From positions 1 to 64,000 of the forward strand of contig CAVYNH010000006.1 of assembly GCA_963769885.1 (NCBI GenBank): a stretch of 64,000 nt of DNA. The letters are read 5' to 3'. This document shows, one piece after another, positions 9,942 through 19,535 of the stretch. The stretch is from Methanobacteriota archaeon. Its GTDB lineage: Archaea; Thermoplasmatota; E2; DHVEG-1. The position numbers were made by a program, and so were the translations under genes. The notes under the pieces are model-generated. The model made no database searches, was not told the DNA's origin, and worked only from the letters and a program-made list of their open reading frames with translations. The number at the start of each line of letters is the position of its first letter. Position 1 is the stretch's first letter.

Positions 9942-11414
9942 TTATTCCGCTCCGATAGTTAGGATTCCAAAGGAGTCCGTTCCACCTGGTTTTTTCGAAA
10001 ATCTTCGCTGAGTGAGTATCACCTTATCATTCTTTTTAACGAGATCCGTATTATTAATAAAGTTAAGGAGAGGAACATGCCAACTCCGAGTTTTGTTAGC
10101 CATAAAAAAAGGATACACTCCGTAAGAGAGATTAAGAAACCGGCACGTGCTTTTTTGTCTACTAAACGCTAATATCCAGCATTCTGGTTTAAATCGTGAA
10201 ATACGCCGAGCGGTATTTCCACTTGTAGTCGGGGTGAGAATATACCTTACTTGTAAGGTCTCTGCAGCTTCTACAACGTTTAGTGAAATAATGTCTGTTA
10301 CGCTACGATGATCATCGCTTACGGTACGTCTCAGTACACCCTGAAGATCACATGATGACGGAGCAGCTCTCCGTTTTTGTTCCGTTGCTTTCGCGATTCT
10401 TCTCATCATCTGAACGGTCTCAATAGGATATTTTCCGATTGCGGTTTCTTCAGAGAGCATGACCGCATCAGTACCGTCAAGAATAGCGTTTGCGACATCT
10501 GCGACTTCCGCTCGTGTTGGACGACTGTTTTCCTTCATCGACTCTAACATTTGTGTCGCAGTAATGACTGGACAACCAACGAGATTGGCTTTGTTGATAA
10601 GTTTTTTCTGCACAGAGGGAACGTCTTCTAAGGGTATTTCAAGCCCTAGGTCCCCACGAGCAATCATAACAGCATCTGAGACAAAGAGGATCTGTTCAAA
10701 ATTTTTTACAGCATCTTTTCGTTCGATTTTCGCTATCGCATATATTGTCTTTCCTTTTTTCTGAGCATATTCTTTTACTTGGAGGATATCATGTGCATTT
10801 TTAATAAACGATACTCCGAATGTGTCAACTCCTTCTTTTAACCCGAAATCAATAAATTCAAGGTCTTTTTGTGTTACCGCATCTAGGAATAAGTTAGCTC
10901 CTGGCAGATTGACTCCTTTCGATGAGTACAATGCTCCACCGGTAAGTACCTTGCATCGAACCTCTTCGTTTACAATAGCTTGTACTTTTAATTGAATAAA
11001 TCCATCGTTAAAATAAATTGTCTGTCCTTTGGAGATACTTTTTAGTAACTGATTGTATTTGATTGGAATAAGCGTATCCGTCCCTTGAACATCTTGTGAC
11101 GTGAGTGTAATTTGTGTATTTTTCTTAAGGACGATAGGTTCAGATTCTAACGTCCCTATTCTGATTTTTGAACCAGGAAGATCGATAAGTATCGTAATTG
11201 TTTTTTCTAAGTCCGCAGCTGTTTTTTTAATCTGTCGAATATCCTTTCTATGGTCAGTAGAAGTACCAAAAGAAAAATTGAGTCGAGCGACATTCATTCC
11301 ATTCATTATTAATTCTTCTAAAATTTCAGGAGATCGAGATGCAGGACCGATAGTACAAACAATTTTTGTTTTATGACAAGGCAATCTTATTTTTCGATGG
11401 ATTTGTTTGTTCAT
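9942..11414 (-). CDS. pyk: Pyruvate kinase (cassette 2)
   Basis: KTKIVCTIGPAS, IAKIE, MIARGDLG, ATQMLESM, RPTRAEVADVANA. Confidence 0.95.
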   Translation of the reverse strand: MNKQIHRKIRLPCHKTKIVCTIGPASRSPEILEELIMNGMNVARLNFSFGTSTDHRKDIRQIKKTAADLEKTITILIDLPGSKIRIGTLESEPIVLKKNTQITLTSQDVQGTDTLIPIKYNQLLKSISKGQTIYFNDGFIQLKVQAIVNEEVRCKVLTGGALYSSKGVNLPGANLFLDAVTQKDLEFIDFGLKEGVDTFGVSFIKNAHDILQVKEYAQKKGKTIYAIAKIERKDAVKNFEQILFVSDAVMIARGDLGLEIPLEDVPSVQKKLINKANLVGCPVITATQMLESMKENSRPTRAEVADVANAILDGTDAVMLSEETAIGKYPIETVQMMRRIAKATEQKRRAAPSSCDLQGVLRRTVSDDHRSVTDIISLNVVEAAETLQVRYILTPTTSGNTARRISRFKPECWILAFSRQKSTCRFLNLSYGVYPFFMANKTRSWHVPLLNFINNTDLVKKNDKVILTQRRFSKKPGGTDSFGILTIGAE

Positions 11415-11593
11415 GTAATTCACTATTTTTTAAGAATTGGCAGGTATTCGTCGCTTAAATATTATGTCCTTGTGATCCAATAGATGATGAAATAGGGGCT
11501 GCGCCCATATAATCCTGTTCTGCCTTCGTTTCTGGGTAAAATTTTTCCATTCAGTCGATTCAAATTGTTTGTATCCAATCTGGAACTCTTCGT

Positions 11594-11949
11594 ATGGATA
11601 TGGGGTATCCGGTTCTTAATGAGAACGGAAATCTTGTCAGCATCCTTACCCATCATGATATTTATAATTCGATTTTAGAGGATAAGTACGATCTTAAGTC
11701 AAAGACGTCGAATCCAAGGATTTACTACTTACATATCCAAATGAATCCCTGGAGGAAACCATTAATAGGATGGTGAAAAAAGATGTCAGTCATGTTCCCG
11801 TGGTTGATCCATCTAATCCGACTCACCTTATTGGTTTAATTACAAAGGGAGATATCTTGAAAGCCCATCATAAAAAACGAGTGATAGATGCAATGCGTAT
11901 CCATTTCACACTGCGTAATATTTTACCTAAAAATTGGAAAAAGGAATGA
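11594..11949 (+). pseudogene. Truncated, frameshifted CBS-pair fragment (resembles the C-terminus of a ClC/CBS protein)
   Basis: GYPVLNENGNLVSILTHHDI, frameshift at ~11697, then VKDVESKDLLLTYPNESLEETINRMVKKDVSHVPVVD...LIGLITKGDILKA. No N-terminus. Confidence 0.7.
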
Positions 11950-12002
11950 ATATTGATCTTCTTCCTTTTACAGAAAAAAGGGGATTTATACTCGTGAGCG
12001 CC

Positions 12003-12019
12003 AAATCCCGACGGGAGCA
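12003..12019 (+). repeat. att-like repeat R2
   Basis: AAATCCCGACGGGAGCA, 17/17 identical to tRNA-Glu 3330-3346. Confidence 0.95.
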
Positions 12020-12128
12020 TTTTTTATATATTTATGACGTCACCATTTTAGGGTGAGTTTTAAATCATCTATACAAATTACTTTGCAATACAAAGTATTA
12101 TATACTACAAACTACATATCAGTATATA

Positions 12129-12779
12129 GTGAAAAGAATGACAGAACCAATGAATTTAAAAGAAATCGAAAAAAAAGCATACCGTTTTACATTTACAGAC
12201 GGAATCTATGACCTAACCTATGCCACCTTGCTCATCATGATTGCCCTTGCGCCCATCCTCAGAGAACTCATCGGACTCGGCTACATATTGTTCCTTGTTA
12301 TCCCCGCACCACTTCTCTTACTCCTGGGAATACGATACATCTCCGTTCCACGCATCGGCCTTGTCAAATTTAATCAACACCGAAAGACAACACAAAAAAA
12401 AATAGCAATAATCTGCATCATACTCTTACCACTCACTGTTATACTCGTGCTTCTTACCGCCGCACAAATCTTCCCGGGATCCTACGGAACTCTCCTGGGA
12501 GTATATACCGTACCAATCGGAGGAGCACTCTTTGCTATCGCACTCCTGAGTCTTATCGCCTACTTCATCGAGTTTTCGCACCTCTACGCATACGGGCTTG
12601 CAATCGGTTTAGGCATTCTCATCTCGGAACTTCTCTACGATCCTGTTGCTCCTCCATGGAACAGCGTGATTGCTTTCGGAATCTCAGGCACCCTGTTGTT
12701 TATCTACGGCATCATTGAACTTGTGCGATTCATCCGGACATATCCCCTACCAAAAGAGGAGAACAGTATTGTCAACTAA
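12129..12779 (+). CDS. Multi-pass membrane protein (cassette 3)
   Basis: About 6-7 hydrophobic segments; N-terminal EKKAYR...DGIYD. Confidence 0.75.
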   Translation: MKRMTEPMNLKEIEKKAYRFTFTDGIYDLTYATLLIMIALAPILRELIGLGYILFLVIPAPLLLLLGIRYISVPRIGLVKFNQHRKTTQKKIAIICIILLPLTVILVLLTAAQIFPGSYGTLLGVYTVPIGGALFAIALLSLIAYFIEFSHLYAYGLAIGLGILISELLYDPVAPPWNSVIAFGISGTLLFIYGIIELVRFIRTYPLPKEENSIVN

Positions 12780-13101
12780 AAAAAAGAAAACAATGGAAAA
12801 CAGACAACCGCTGGATTTCATCGATAAAATCATCCATGAACCAGCACGACTCAACATCATGGCTTACTTATATGTTATTGACAGCGCGGATTTCCTATTT
12901 CTCATGCGACAGACAGGACTTACCTTTGGCAACCTCTCCGCGCATATGAGCAAGCTTGAAGATGCAGGATACATACAGATAAAAAAAGAGTTCCTCGGGA
13001 AAAAACCACATACGATGCTCAGCCTCACAAAAAAAGGTCGAACAACTTTTGAAGAATATCGAAATAATATGAAACAGTTTTTTAACGATTTACCCACCTA
13101 A
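12769..13101 (+). CDS. Winged-HTH transcriptional regulator (MarR/ArsR-like) (cassette 3)
   Basis: IIHEPARLNIM...LTFGNLSAHMSKLEDAGYI...LTKKGR. Start is TTG 12769 (after GAGGAG) or ATG 12793. Confidence 0.85.
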   Translation: MSTKKKKTMENRQPLDFIDKIIHEPARLNIMAYLYVIDSADFLFLMRQTGLTFGNLSAHMSKLEDAGYIQIKKEFLGKKPHTMLSLTKKGRTTFEEYRNNMKQFFNDLPT

Positions 13102-13173
13102 CATCCAATTCATCAAAAAAATCTACTCCCCAAAGCTCAAATATGCAGGAGCATTACACTTTAAACATATATG

Positions 13174-13186
13174 CCCGACGGGAGCA
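13174..13186 (+). repeat. att-like repeat R3
   Basis: CCCGACGGGAGCA, 13/13. Confidence 0.9.
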
Positions 13187-13241
13187 TGCTAATTTTTATC
13201 ATGAGTAAAATTTTTATACAATTGAATACATTTTGTATACA

Positions 13242-13805
13242 ATGCTTGAGCGGCTCTTCACTTCCAAGACTCGCGTGAAAATCTTAACCCTTTTCATTCT
13301 TAATCCCGATCGAGAACTTCATGTACGGGAAATCGCCAGACTCACCAAAGAAAATATCAACGCTATCCGGCGGGAATTGACCAACCTTGAAGAAACAGGA
13401 CTGCTGAAAAGCTCACGAAAAGGAAACATGAAACAATATACGCTCAATAAGGAAATGCCCCTCTATGAAGAACTTGCCTCCATGGTGTTAAAAACCGAGG
13501 GCGTGGCAAAGATACTCAAAGAACATCTTGACGACCTTGGCTCCATACAGACCGCGTTCATCTACGGCTCTTTTGCACGCCACAACGCACAACTCTCAAG
13601 CGACATTGACGTCTTCATCATCGGAACCATCAGCGAAAAAACATTAATCTCAGCACTTCATGACCTCGAAAAACAACTCTCCAGGGAAATCAACTACATT
13701 CTCTTCACCCCAGAGGAATTCACCTCGCGAAAGAGAAATAAGGATCCCTTTGTCGTCAACGTCCTCAAAGAACCTAAAGTGATGCTCCAAGGCGATCTCC
13801 CTTGA
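13242..13805 (+). CDS. HTH plus minimal nucleotidyltransferase (MNT) protein (cassette 4)
   Basis: N-terminal wHTH (LHVREIARLT); IYGSFAR...SDIDVFII gives the GS-x10-DxD motif. Confidence 0.9.
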   Translation: MLERLFTSKTRVKILTLFILNPDRELHVREIARLTKENINAIRRELTNLEETGLLKSSRKGNMKQYTLNKEMPLYEELASMVLKTEGVAKILKEHLDDLGSIQTAFIYGSFARHNAQLSSDIDVFIIGTISEKTLISALHDLEKQLSREINYILFTPEEFTSRKRNKDPFVVNVLKEPKVMLQGDLP

Positions 13806-14221
13806 CGCTCGACCAGCTGGAACGACAAGGGTACATCAAAAGACTCCCTATTGATACCAAAAAGATTAGGGACACACTAGCTCTGGCACAACGAGATATT
13901 GTGACCGCAAAAACCCTGCTTCATCAAGATGCGGATTGGACATTCTCTATTGCGTACAATGCTATCTTACAGACCTTGCGGGCATTTATGTTTTCACAAG
14001 GCTACCGACCGGATGGCAGCAATCAACACGTCTCAACGGTCCGCTTTGCTGAACTATTCCTAGATAAAGACGTAGTAATCGTATTTGATAGAATGAGACG
14101 GAAACGACATATTTCCGTGTATGACACCGCTGGGTCCATCTCTAGAACCGAGGCGAAAACTGCGATTCAAACGGCAGAGGAAATCTTCCAAGAGATTAAG
14201 CAACGAATACACGAAAAATGA
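13802..14221 (+). CDS. HEPN domain protein (cassette 4)
   Basis: AYNAIL...GYRP...H...RRKRHISVY; overlaps the MNT gene by 4 nt. Confidence 0.85.
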   Translation: MTLDQLERQGYIKRLPIDTKKIRDTLALAQRDIVTAKTLLHQDADWTFSIAYNAILQTLRAFMFSQGYRPDGSNQHVSTVRFAELFLDKDVVIVFDRMRRKRHISVYDTAGSISRTEAKTAIQTAEEIFQEIKQRIHEK

Positions 14222-14229
14222 ATGCACTC

Positions 14230-14242
14230 CCCGACGGGAGCA
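14230..14242 (+). repeat. att-like repeat R4
   Basis: CCCGACGGGAGCA, 8 nt after the HEPN stop codon. Confidence 0.9.
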
Positions 14243-14401
14243 TTTTTTTACTGTCTACAGGAGAAAAATCATCGATTTTTCGAATCCTCACAGGGGCTCT
14301 ATTGCCAGAGGTTCAAAGCCCCCTATGGGTATTTTTACCCTTATTTTTTTGTACTAAAAAAGATTTAAATAACAAACGAGCTTTATTTTTCATAAGGAGG
14401 A

Positions 14402-15439
14402 ATGACTTTGATTAGGAAAGGACTGACGGTTATAATTATTCTTATAACCCTTGGGACTTGTATCATTCCATCCATCGCACAAGATACTGAGAAACCACTA
14501 CCAACATCAAAAGGTGATTGGTTATATGTTGGTGGCAGTGGACCAGGGAATTATACAAACATACAGAATGCCGTTGACAATGCATCTAGTGGTGATACGA
14601 TATTTGTCTATAGCGGGGTGTATACCTATTTCAAACCAGGTAATCGAGGATGCATCGACATTCAACAAAAAAATATTACATTAATAGGTCAAGACAAGGA
14701 TACAACCATCTTGGATGGCAATTGGTCAAACGGAATCGTTCATGTTGATAGCCCGATCTTTAGCATATCTGGTTTTACTGTGAGGAATAGCGGCTCATCG
14801 CACGGCCCAGGTTGGTTTGGCATCGAAATAGGTTTTAATTATAACGAAGAAACAACGATACACGATAATATCATCTGTGGAGGTCACAATGATGGCATCA
14901 TAGTCTGGGGAGGCAAATGTTCCGTGTACAATAATACAATTTTTGGTAATGCCGGGGCAATATACATGAGTACCGGCAATGGTGAGATTTTTAATAATAA
15001 AATCTCGGAAAATACCTATGGCATACATGTACTAGGATACAGCTTCGTTCATGACAATATCATACAAAATAATACTGTTGGAATATTCGTTGAGGGATCA
15101 AGTAAAGTTGAACGTAATCAAATTGAGCAAAACGATGTAGGTGTACAAACGGGAAATTCTAAAGCGAAAATTCAGAAGAACAATTTCGTTGATAATGAGA
15201 TCCAAGCCCAATATTCCAACCTCTTGGTTTTTATTAATCTGTTTTTACCGTTACCCTACCGATTCAATTGGAGAGGCAATTACTGGAATGACTGGACGTC
15301 ACCTCTTCCAAGACCAATCAAGGGATATTGGTCGTATCTATTTTTGCCTACCTTCGAAATCATTGGATCATTCCCCTCAGTTCAATTCGATTTATTGCCC
15401 TCGACTACACCGTATGACATCAAACTAACGTCAGTCTGA
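14402..15439 (+). CDS. Secreted right-handed beta-helix (NosD/CASH-like) protein (cassette 5)
   Basis: Signal peptide, WLYVGGSGPGNYTNIQNAVDNA, Asn-ladder repeats, NYW. Confidence 0.85.
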   Translation: MTLIRKGLTVIIILITLGTCIIPSIAQDTEKPLPTSKGDWLYVGGSGPGNYTNIQNAVDNASSGDTIFVYSGVYTYFKPGNRGCIDIQQKNITLIGQDKDTTILDGNWSNGIVHVDSPIFSISGFTVRNSGSSHGPGWFGIEIGFNYNEETTIHDNIICGGHNDGIIVWGGKCSVYNNTIFGNAGAIYMSTGNGEIFNNKISENTYGIHVLGYSFVHDNIIQNNTVGIFVEGSSKVERNQIEQNDVGVQTGNSKAKIQKNNFVDNEIQAQYSNLLVFINLFLPLPYRFNWRGNYWNDWTSPLPRPIKGYWSYLFLPTFEIIGSFPSVQFDLLPSTTPYDIKLTSV

Positions 15440-15538
15440 AAAAGGTAAGTATTGAATATCTCGTAACGAATCCCTTTGGGAGATTTTCTGCCAAACCTTC
15501 ACTTCCTCTCGCCTGGGGGCACTGAAGTATTGGCACAT

Positions 15539-15554
15539 AATCCCGACGGAAGCA
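15539..15554 (+). repeat. att-like repeat R5
   Basis: AATCCCGACGGAAGCA, 15/16. Confidence 0.9.
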
Positions 15555-15756
15555 TTGATACAGATCCTAAAAAAGATCTTGCTTTCCTCTTTTTAATTTG
15601 TCTAATAAGTATTTTTTCGTAAAAATACTGTTGTCTCGTCCAAAAAATGAAAGCATACCTTTAATTCACCATTGATAGTAAAAGATATGTAGGGTCATTC
15701 ATATTGAACTCACGTAATTCTTTATCTGGAAAAAATTCTTGGTTTGCAAGGAAACC

Positions 15757-17307
15757 ATGAAAAAAATCAAAGTCATCGTACTCATCGTCCTCCTTCTCTG
15801 CGTCGGTGTTTCAGGATGCATTAACCAGGCAGGGAATGACAATCAAAAAAAAAGAGAGTTACTTACCATTGGAATATCAGAAGATCCTCAAGGATTTTTT
15901 CCTTGGATTTACAGTTACGATACCTGTACGTTAGGAATAAATTTCAATATCTTCAGCCCCTTGGTCGAGTTTGATAATAGTTTTAGACTGTTTCCGAAGC
16001 TTGCAAAATCATGGAATAACCCTGATAATTGCACCTGGCGGTTTTTCCTACGACAGGACGTCAAGTTCCACAACGGGTATAATTTTACTGCGAATGACGT
16101 GAAATACACTCTCGATCTCATAAAAGACAATAGAAGTAATATACTCCGGGACTTGATTACAGAGATTAAGGAAGTCTCTGTAGTAGATAATTATACAGTC
16201 GACGTCAAGACGTTTCAGCCGTTCCCCATCCTCTTAAACAAATTGACTAATATCCCAATTGCCTCCAAAAAATATCAGGAAGAAACCCTGGAAAAATGGC
16301 CAATCGGGACCGGGGCCTATAAACTGGAAGAGTACGTTCCAAAGGATCACATCACCTTGGAAAAATTCGATGGCTATTCGATGGGACATCCGACGATACA
16401 AAAAGTCGTTTTCAAAGTAATTCCAGATAGCAAAGCATTGAAAGAAGCGTTTCTCGCAAAAGAACTTGACATCATGGAGCATGTGCTTCCCGCCGATGTG
16501 AAAGAAATATCCAACACTTCAGGACTGAGTGTAAAGAAGTTCTCAAGTCCAACCGTGTGGTATATAGGATTTGATTTCAGGGAAAACAACAGTAGTGCAT
16601 TCCCTGAGAGGAAGAATCCGTTAGCTGACGTGCGCGTCAGGGAAGCGATGTATCACGCGATTGATATCAATGCAATTCTCGGCTTGTTAGAATCGTCAGC
16701 AGAATCTGCCTCCCAGTTTTTATCACCCTTGATTTTTGGATATAACCCTGAAATCAAACGGTTATCATACGATTTGAATCTCTCCCGGCAACTTCTCCAG
16801 GAGGCAGGGTATGAAAACGGTTTTAATTTAACATTGGATTGCCAACAGGAGTATCCACTGCAAATCCAGATTTGCGGGGAAATAGTACGGCAACTTTCAC
16901 AGATCCTTACTGTTCATTTCAATCCTCTTCCCTCTGACCAATATTATATGAAGCTATATTCGAGGAATTGTTCCATTTATTTTATTGGCTGGATACCGGC
17001 GACCGGTGATGGCGGTGAAATATTTGATTATCTCCTGCGCTCCAAACATGATCCACTCGGGGTAGGATCGTATAATTTCGGATATTATTCGAACCAAACC
17101 GTCGATCAAATAACCCAGGAAGTCGCCCATACCATGAACCAGAAAACACGGAAGCTTCTGATGCGAGAGGGATTCAAGGTCGCCATGGATGATGTGGCCT
17201 GCATTCCCCTCTATATCAGCGTCTGTAATGTTGGCGTCGCCGATTATATCGACTGGACTCCAAGAGCGGATCTCATGACGCTTGTCGAAGAAATTATTGT
17301 TAAATAA
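15757..17307 (+). CDS. Family 5 (oligopeptide/nickel-type) solute-binding lipoprotein (cassette 6)
   Basis: Lipobox-like VSGC, LRQDVKFHNG, PIGTGAYKL, VREAMYHAID. Confidence 0.9.
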   Translation: MKKIKVIVLIVLLLCVGVSGCINQAGNDNQKKRELLTIGISEDPQGFFPWIYSYDTCTLGINFNIFSPLVEFDNSFRLFPKLAKSWNNPDNCTWRFFLRQDVKFHNGYNFTANDVKYTLDLIKDNRSNILRDLITEIKEVSVVDNYTVDVKTFQPFPILLNKLTNIPIASKKYQEETLEKWPIGTGAYKLEEYVPKDHITLEKFDGYSMGHPTIQKVVFKVIPDSKALKEAFLAKELDIMEHVLPADVKEISNTSGLSVKKFSSPTVWYIGFDFRENNSSAFPERKNPLADVRVREAMYHAIDINAILGLLESSAESASQFLSPLIFGYNPEIKRLSYDLNLSRQLLQEAGYENGFNLTLDCQQEYPLQIQICGEIVRQLSQILTVHFNPLPSDQYYMKLYSRNCSIYFIGWIPATGDGGEIFDYLLRSKHDPLGVGSYNFGYYSNQTVDQITQEVAHTMNQKTRKLLMREGFKVAMDDVACIPLYISVCNVGVADYIDWTPRADLMTLVEEIIVK

Positions 17308-17325
17308 CGGAGGCGAGATACATCG

Positions 17326-18969
17326 TTGTTGGCAAAACAAGTAATGAAGAAATTCCACAGCGTGAAACTCAAGGTCATCCTGCCCCTCTTGGTTATTCTT
17401 CTAGCAGTATTTCTCATTAGTTCATTGGTCATTATTGAACGGGAATCAAAGGCAGCGAAAGACACTATCATTAGCACTGCTGAGTCTTTCTCCAGCTTAT
17501 CTGTGGTCTATGTGATTGACAATTATCAGCTGTATTATGATTCTGGTTTTTATAAATTCATTGAAGTCATCGATGGTTTAATGAAACTGAACGCCAACCT
17601 CATCGAAACACAAATCGTCGATGTGAACGGGAAAATTCTCTTCGACTACACGGAGATACAGGAAGGAAAATACAATGAACAGACAAACGGGGAACGATTC
17701 CTCGAAAATGCAACATTGATACAAAGAGCCGGCGACCCGACCTCTTCTCTTATTCTCAATGAAACCACACGACGTATTGACATCATCCAGCCGTATTTCG
17801 ATGAAACGGGGAGACATGACTATTCCGTGAGATATGTTTTTTCGCTTTCTCGTCTGGATGCAATGACACACGAGATGATTATTACCATATTGATGTATTC
17901 TGGCGTCTTCATTGTCGTGTCTTTCCTCCTGATTTATTTCCTTTTTAATTACTTCATTTCAGCTCCGATCGGGGAGTTGACCAAAGGCGTTCGTACGATG
18001 AGCACCGGAACGCTAGGACATAAGGTGAACATCACATCAAAGGATGAAATCGGTGAGTTGGCAACCGCATTCAATACGATGAGCGCCGATCTCAAGCTTT
18101 CCAGAGACAATTTGGAGGAGTACAGCAAAAATCTGGAAAAACTCGTGGCTGAACGTACAAAAGAATTAGAAGAAAAAACGAATCGTCTTCAGCAAATCAA
18201 TCAAGATTTACTGGTCGCACGAGAAGAGCTCAACGTATTGAATAAGAATCTCGAGGAACGAGTAATAGAACGAACAAAAGAAGTGGAGAAATTACTCAAG
18301 CAAAAAGATGAGTTCATCACCCAACTGGGTCACGATCTGAAAAATCCTCTAGGTCCCCTGATCAATCTACTTCCACTCCTTGAAGAACAAGAAGCGGATG
18401 CTGCAAAAAAAGAGATGTTGACTGTTCTGCATCGGAATGCCGATTACATGAGAAATCTCGTTGTCAAAACACTCGAACTTGCGGTGTTAAATTCTCCGAA
18501 TACGAAGTTTTCCATTGAAAGGATGAACCTATATACAGAAGTCAGCCAAATCATTGAACATAAAAAGATTCTGTTCGATGTAAAACAAGTAAAAATTTCT
18601 AACAATATCGATCATGCGTTGTTCGTAAAAGCAGACCGATTACGACTTGAAGAGCTGCTGACAAACATCTTTGAAAATTCTGTGAAATACTGCAAAGAGG
18701 AGTGCAAGATTATCATCGATGCAGAACAGACAAATGACCTCGCCAAAATCTCTATCGCAGATAAGGGCATCGGGATGACCAAAGAAGAAATCGAACGCAT
18801 CTTTGACGAGTTCTACAAAGCCGATTCTGCGCGTCATGACATTCAGAGTACTGGACTAGGAATGTCGATTTGTAAACGAATTGTTGAGAAACATGGGGGT
18901 AGTATTTGGGTGGAAAGCAAGGGTCCTGGCAAGGGCACAACCGTGTTCTTCACCTTACCAGCAGCATAA
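17326..18969 (+). CDS. Membrane sensor histidine kinase with HAMP domain (cassette 6)
   Basis: Two TM segments, HAMP (DEIGELATAFNTM), H-box GHDLKNPL, N/G1/F/G2 boxes. Confidence 0.92.
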   Translation: MLAKQVMKKFHSVKLKVILPLLVILLAVFLISSLVIIERESKAAKDTIISTAESFSSLSVVYVIDNYQLYYDSGFYKFIEVIDGLMKLNANLIETQIVDVNGKILFDYTEIQEGKYNEQTNGERFLENATLIQRAGDPTSSLILNETTRRIDIIQPYFDETGRHDYSVRYVFSLSRLDAMTHEMIITILMYSGVFIVVSFLLIYFLFNYFISAPIGELTKGVRTMSTGTLGHKVNITSKDEIGELATAFNTMSADLKLSRDNLEEYSKNLEKLVAERTKELEEKTNRLQQINQDLLVAREELNVLNKNLEERVIERTKEVEKLLKQKDEFITQLGHDLKNPLGPLINLLPLLEEQEADAAKKEMLTVLHRNADYMRNLVVKTLELAVLNSPNTKFSIERMNLYTEVSQIIEHKKILFDVKQVKISNNIDHALFVKADRLRLEELLTNIFENSVKYCKEECKIIIDAEQTNDLAKISIADKGIGMTKEEIERIFDEFYKADSARHDIQSTGLGMSICKRIVEKHGGSIWVESKGPGKGTTVFFTLPAA

Positions 18970-19094
18970 CTGCCTTAAGACGGAGAAAAAGAGACTGGAT
19001 TTCTCATTGTCATCAACAGAAATATTTCATTGAGTTCACCTACAGAAATAAATATTAAAGACGTCCAAGATATATCTGTAGAGGCAGAGAAATC

Positions 19095-19481
19095 ATGAAA
19101 AAAATCATGTTAGTCGATGATGAAAAGGATCAGATATTTTTCATTAAAACTTCTTTTAAGAATTTATTTGGAAAAGATTATATGATTGTCCCTGCCGAGA
19201 GCGGCGAAAAATGCTTTGAACTATTAAATAAGCAAGAGATCCCTGATCTAATACTTTTGGATATCATGATGCCAAAGATGAACGGATGGGAGGTGTTCGA
19301 CCGGCTACGCGCGAATCCCTTGTGGAAGGATATTCCGATTATCTTTCTGACTGCGCGAACCGATGAATTTGCTGAGCATGCAGGAGTGCTCATCGCCGAA
19401 GATTACATTAAGAAACCAATTGAAATTAAAGAGTTAAAGATCCGTATCGATAATGTGTTAAAAAAGTCGAAGAAGAAATAG
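19095..19481 (+). CDS. Single-domain response regulator (cassette 6)
   Basis: LVDD, LLDIMMPKMNG, FLTA, KP. Confidence 0.92.
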   Translation: MKKIMLVDDEKDQIFFIKTSFKNLFGKDYMIVPAESGEKCFELLNKQEIPDLILLDIMMPKMNGWEVFDRLRANPLWKDIPIIFLTARTDEFAEHAGVLIAEDYIKKPIEIKELKIRIDNVLKKSKKK

Positions 19482-19535
19482 CACAAACATGTTCTCCCAT
19501 ATTTCTCCTTTACTCTATGGTTTTTTGTAAAACGA

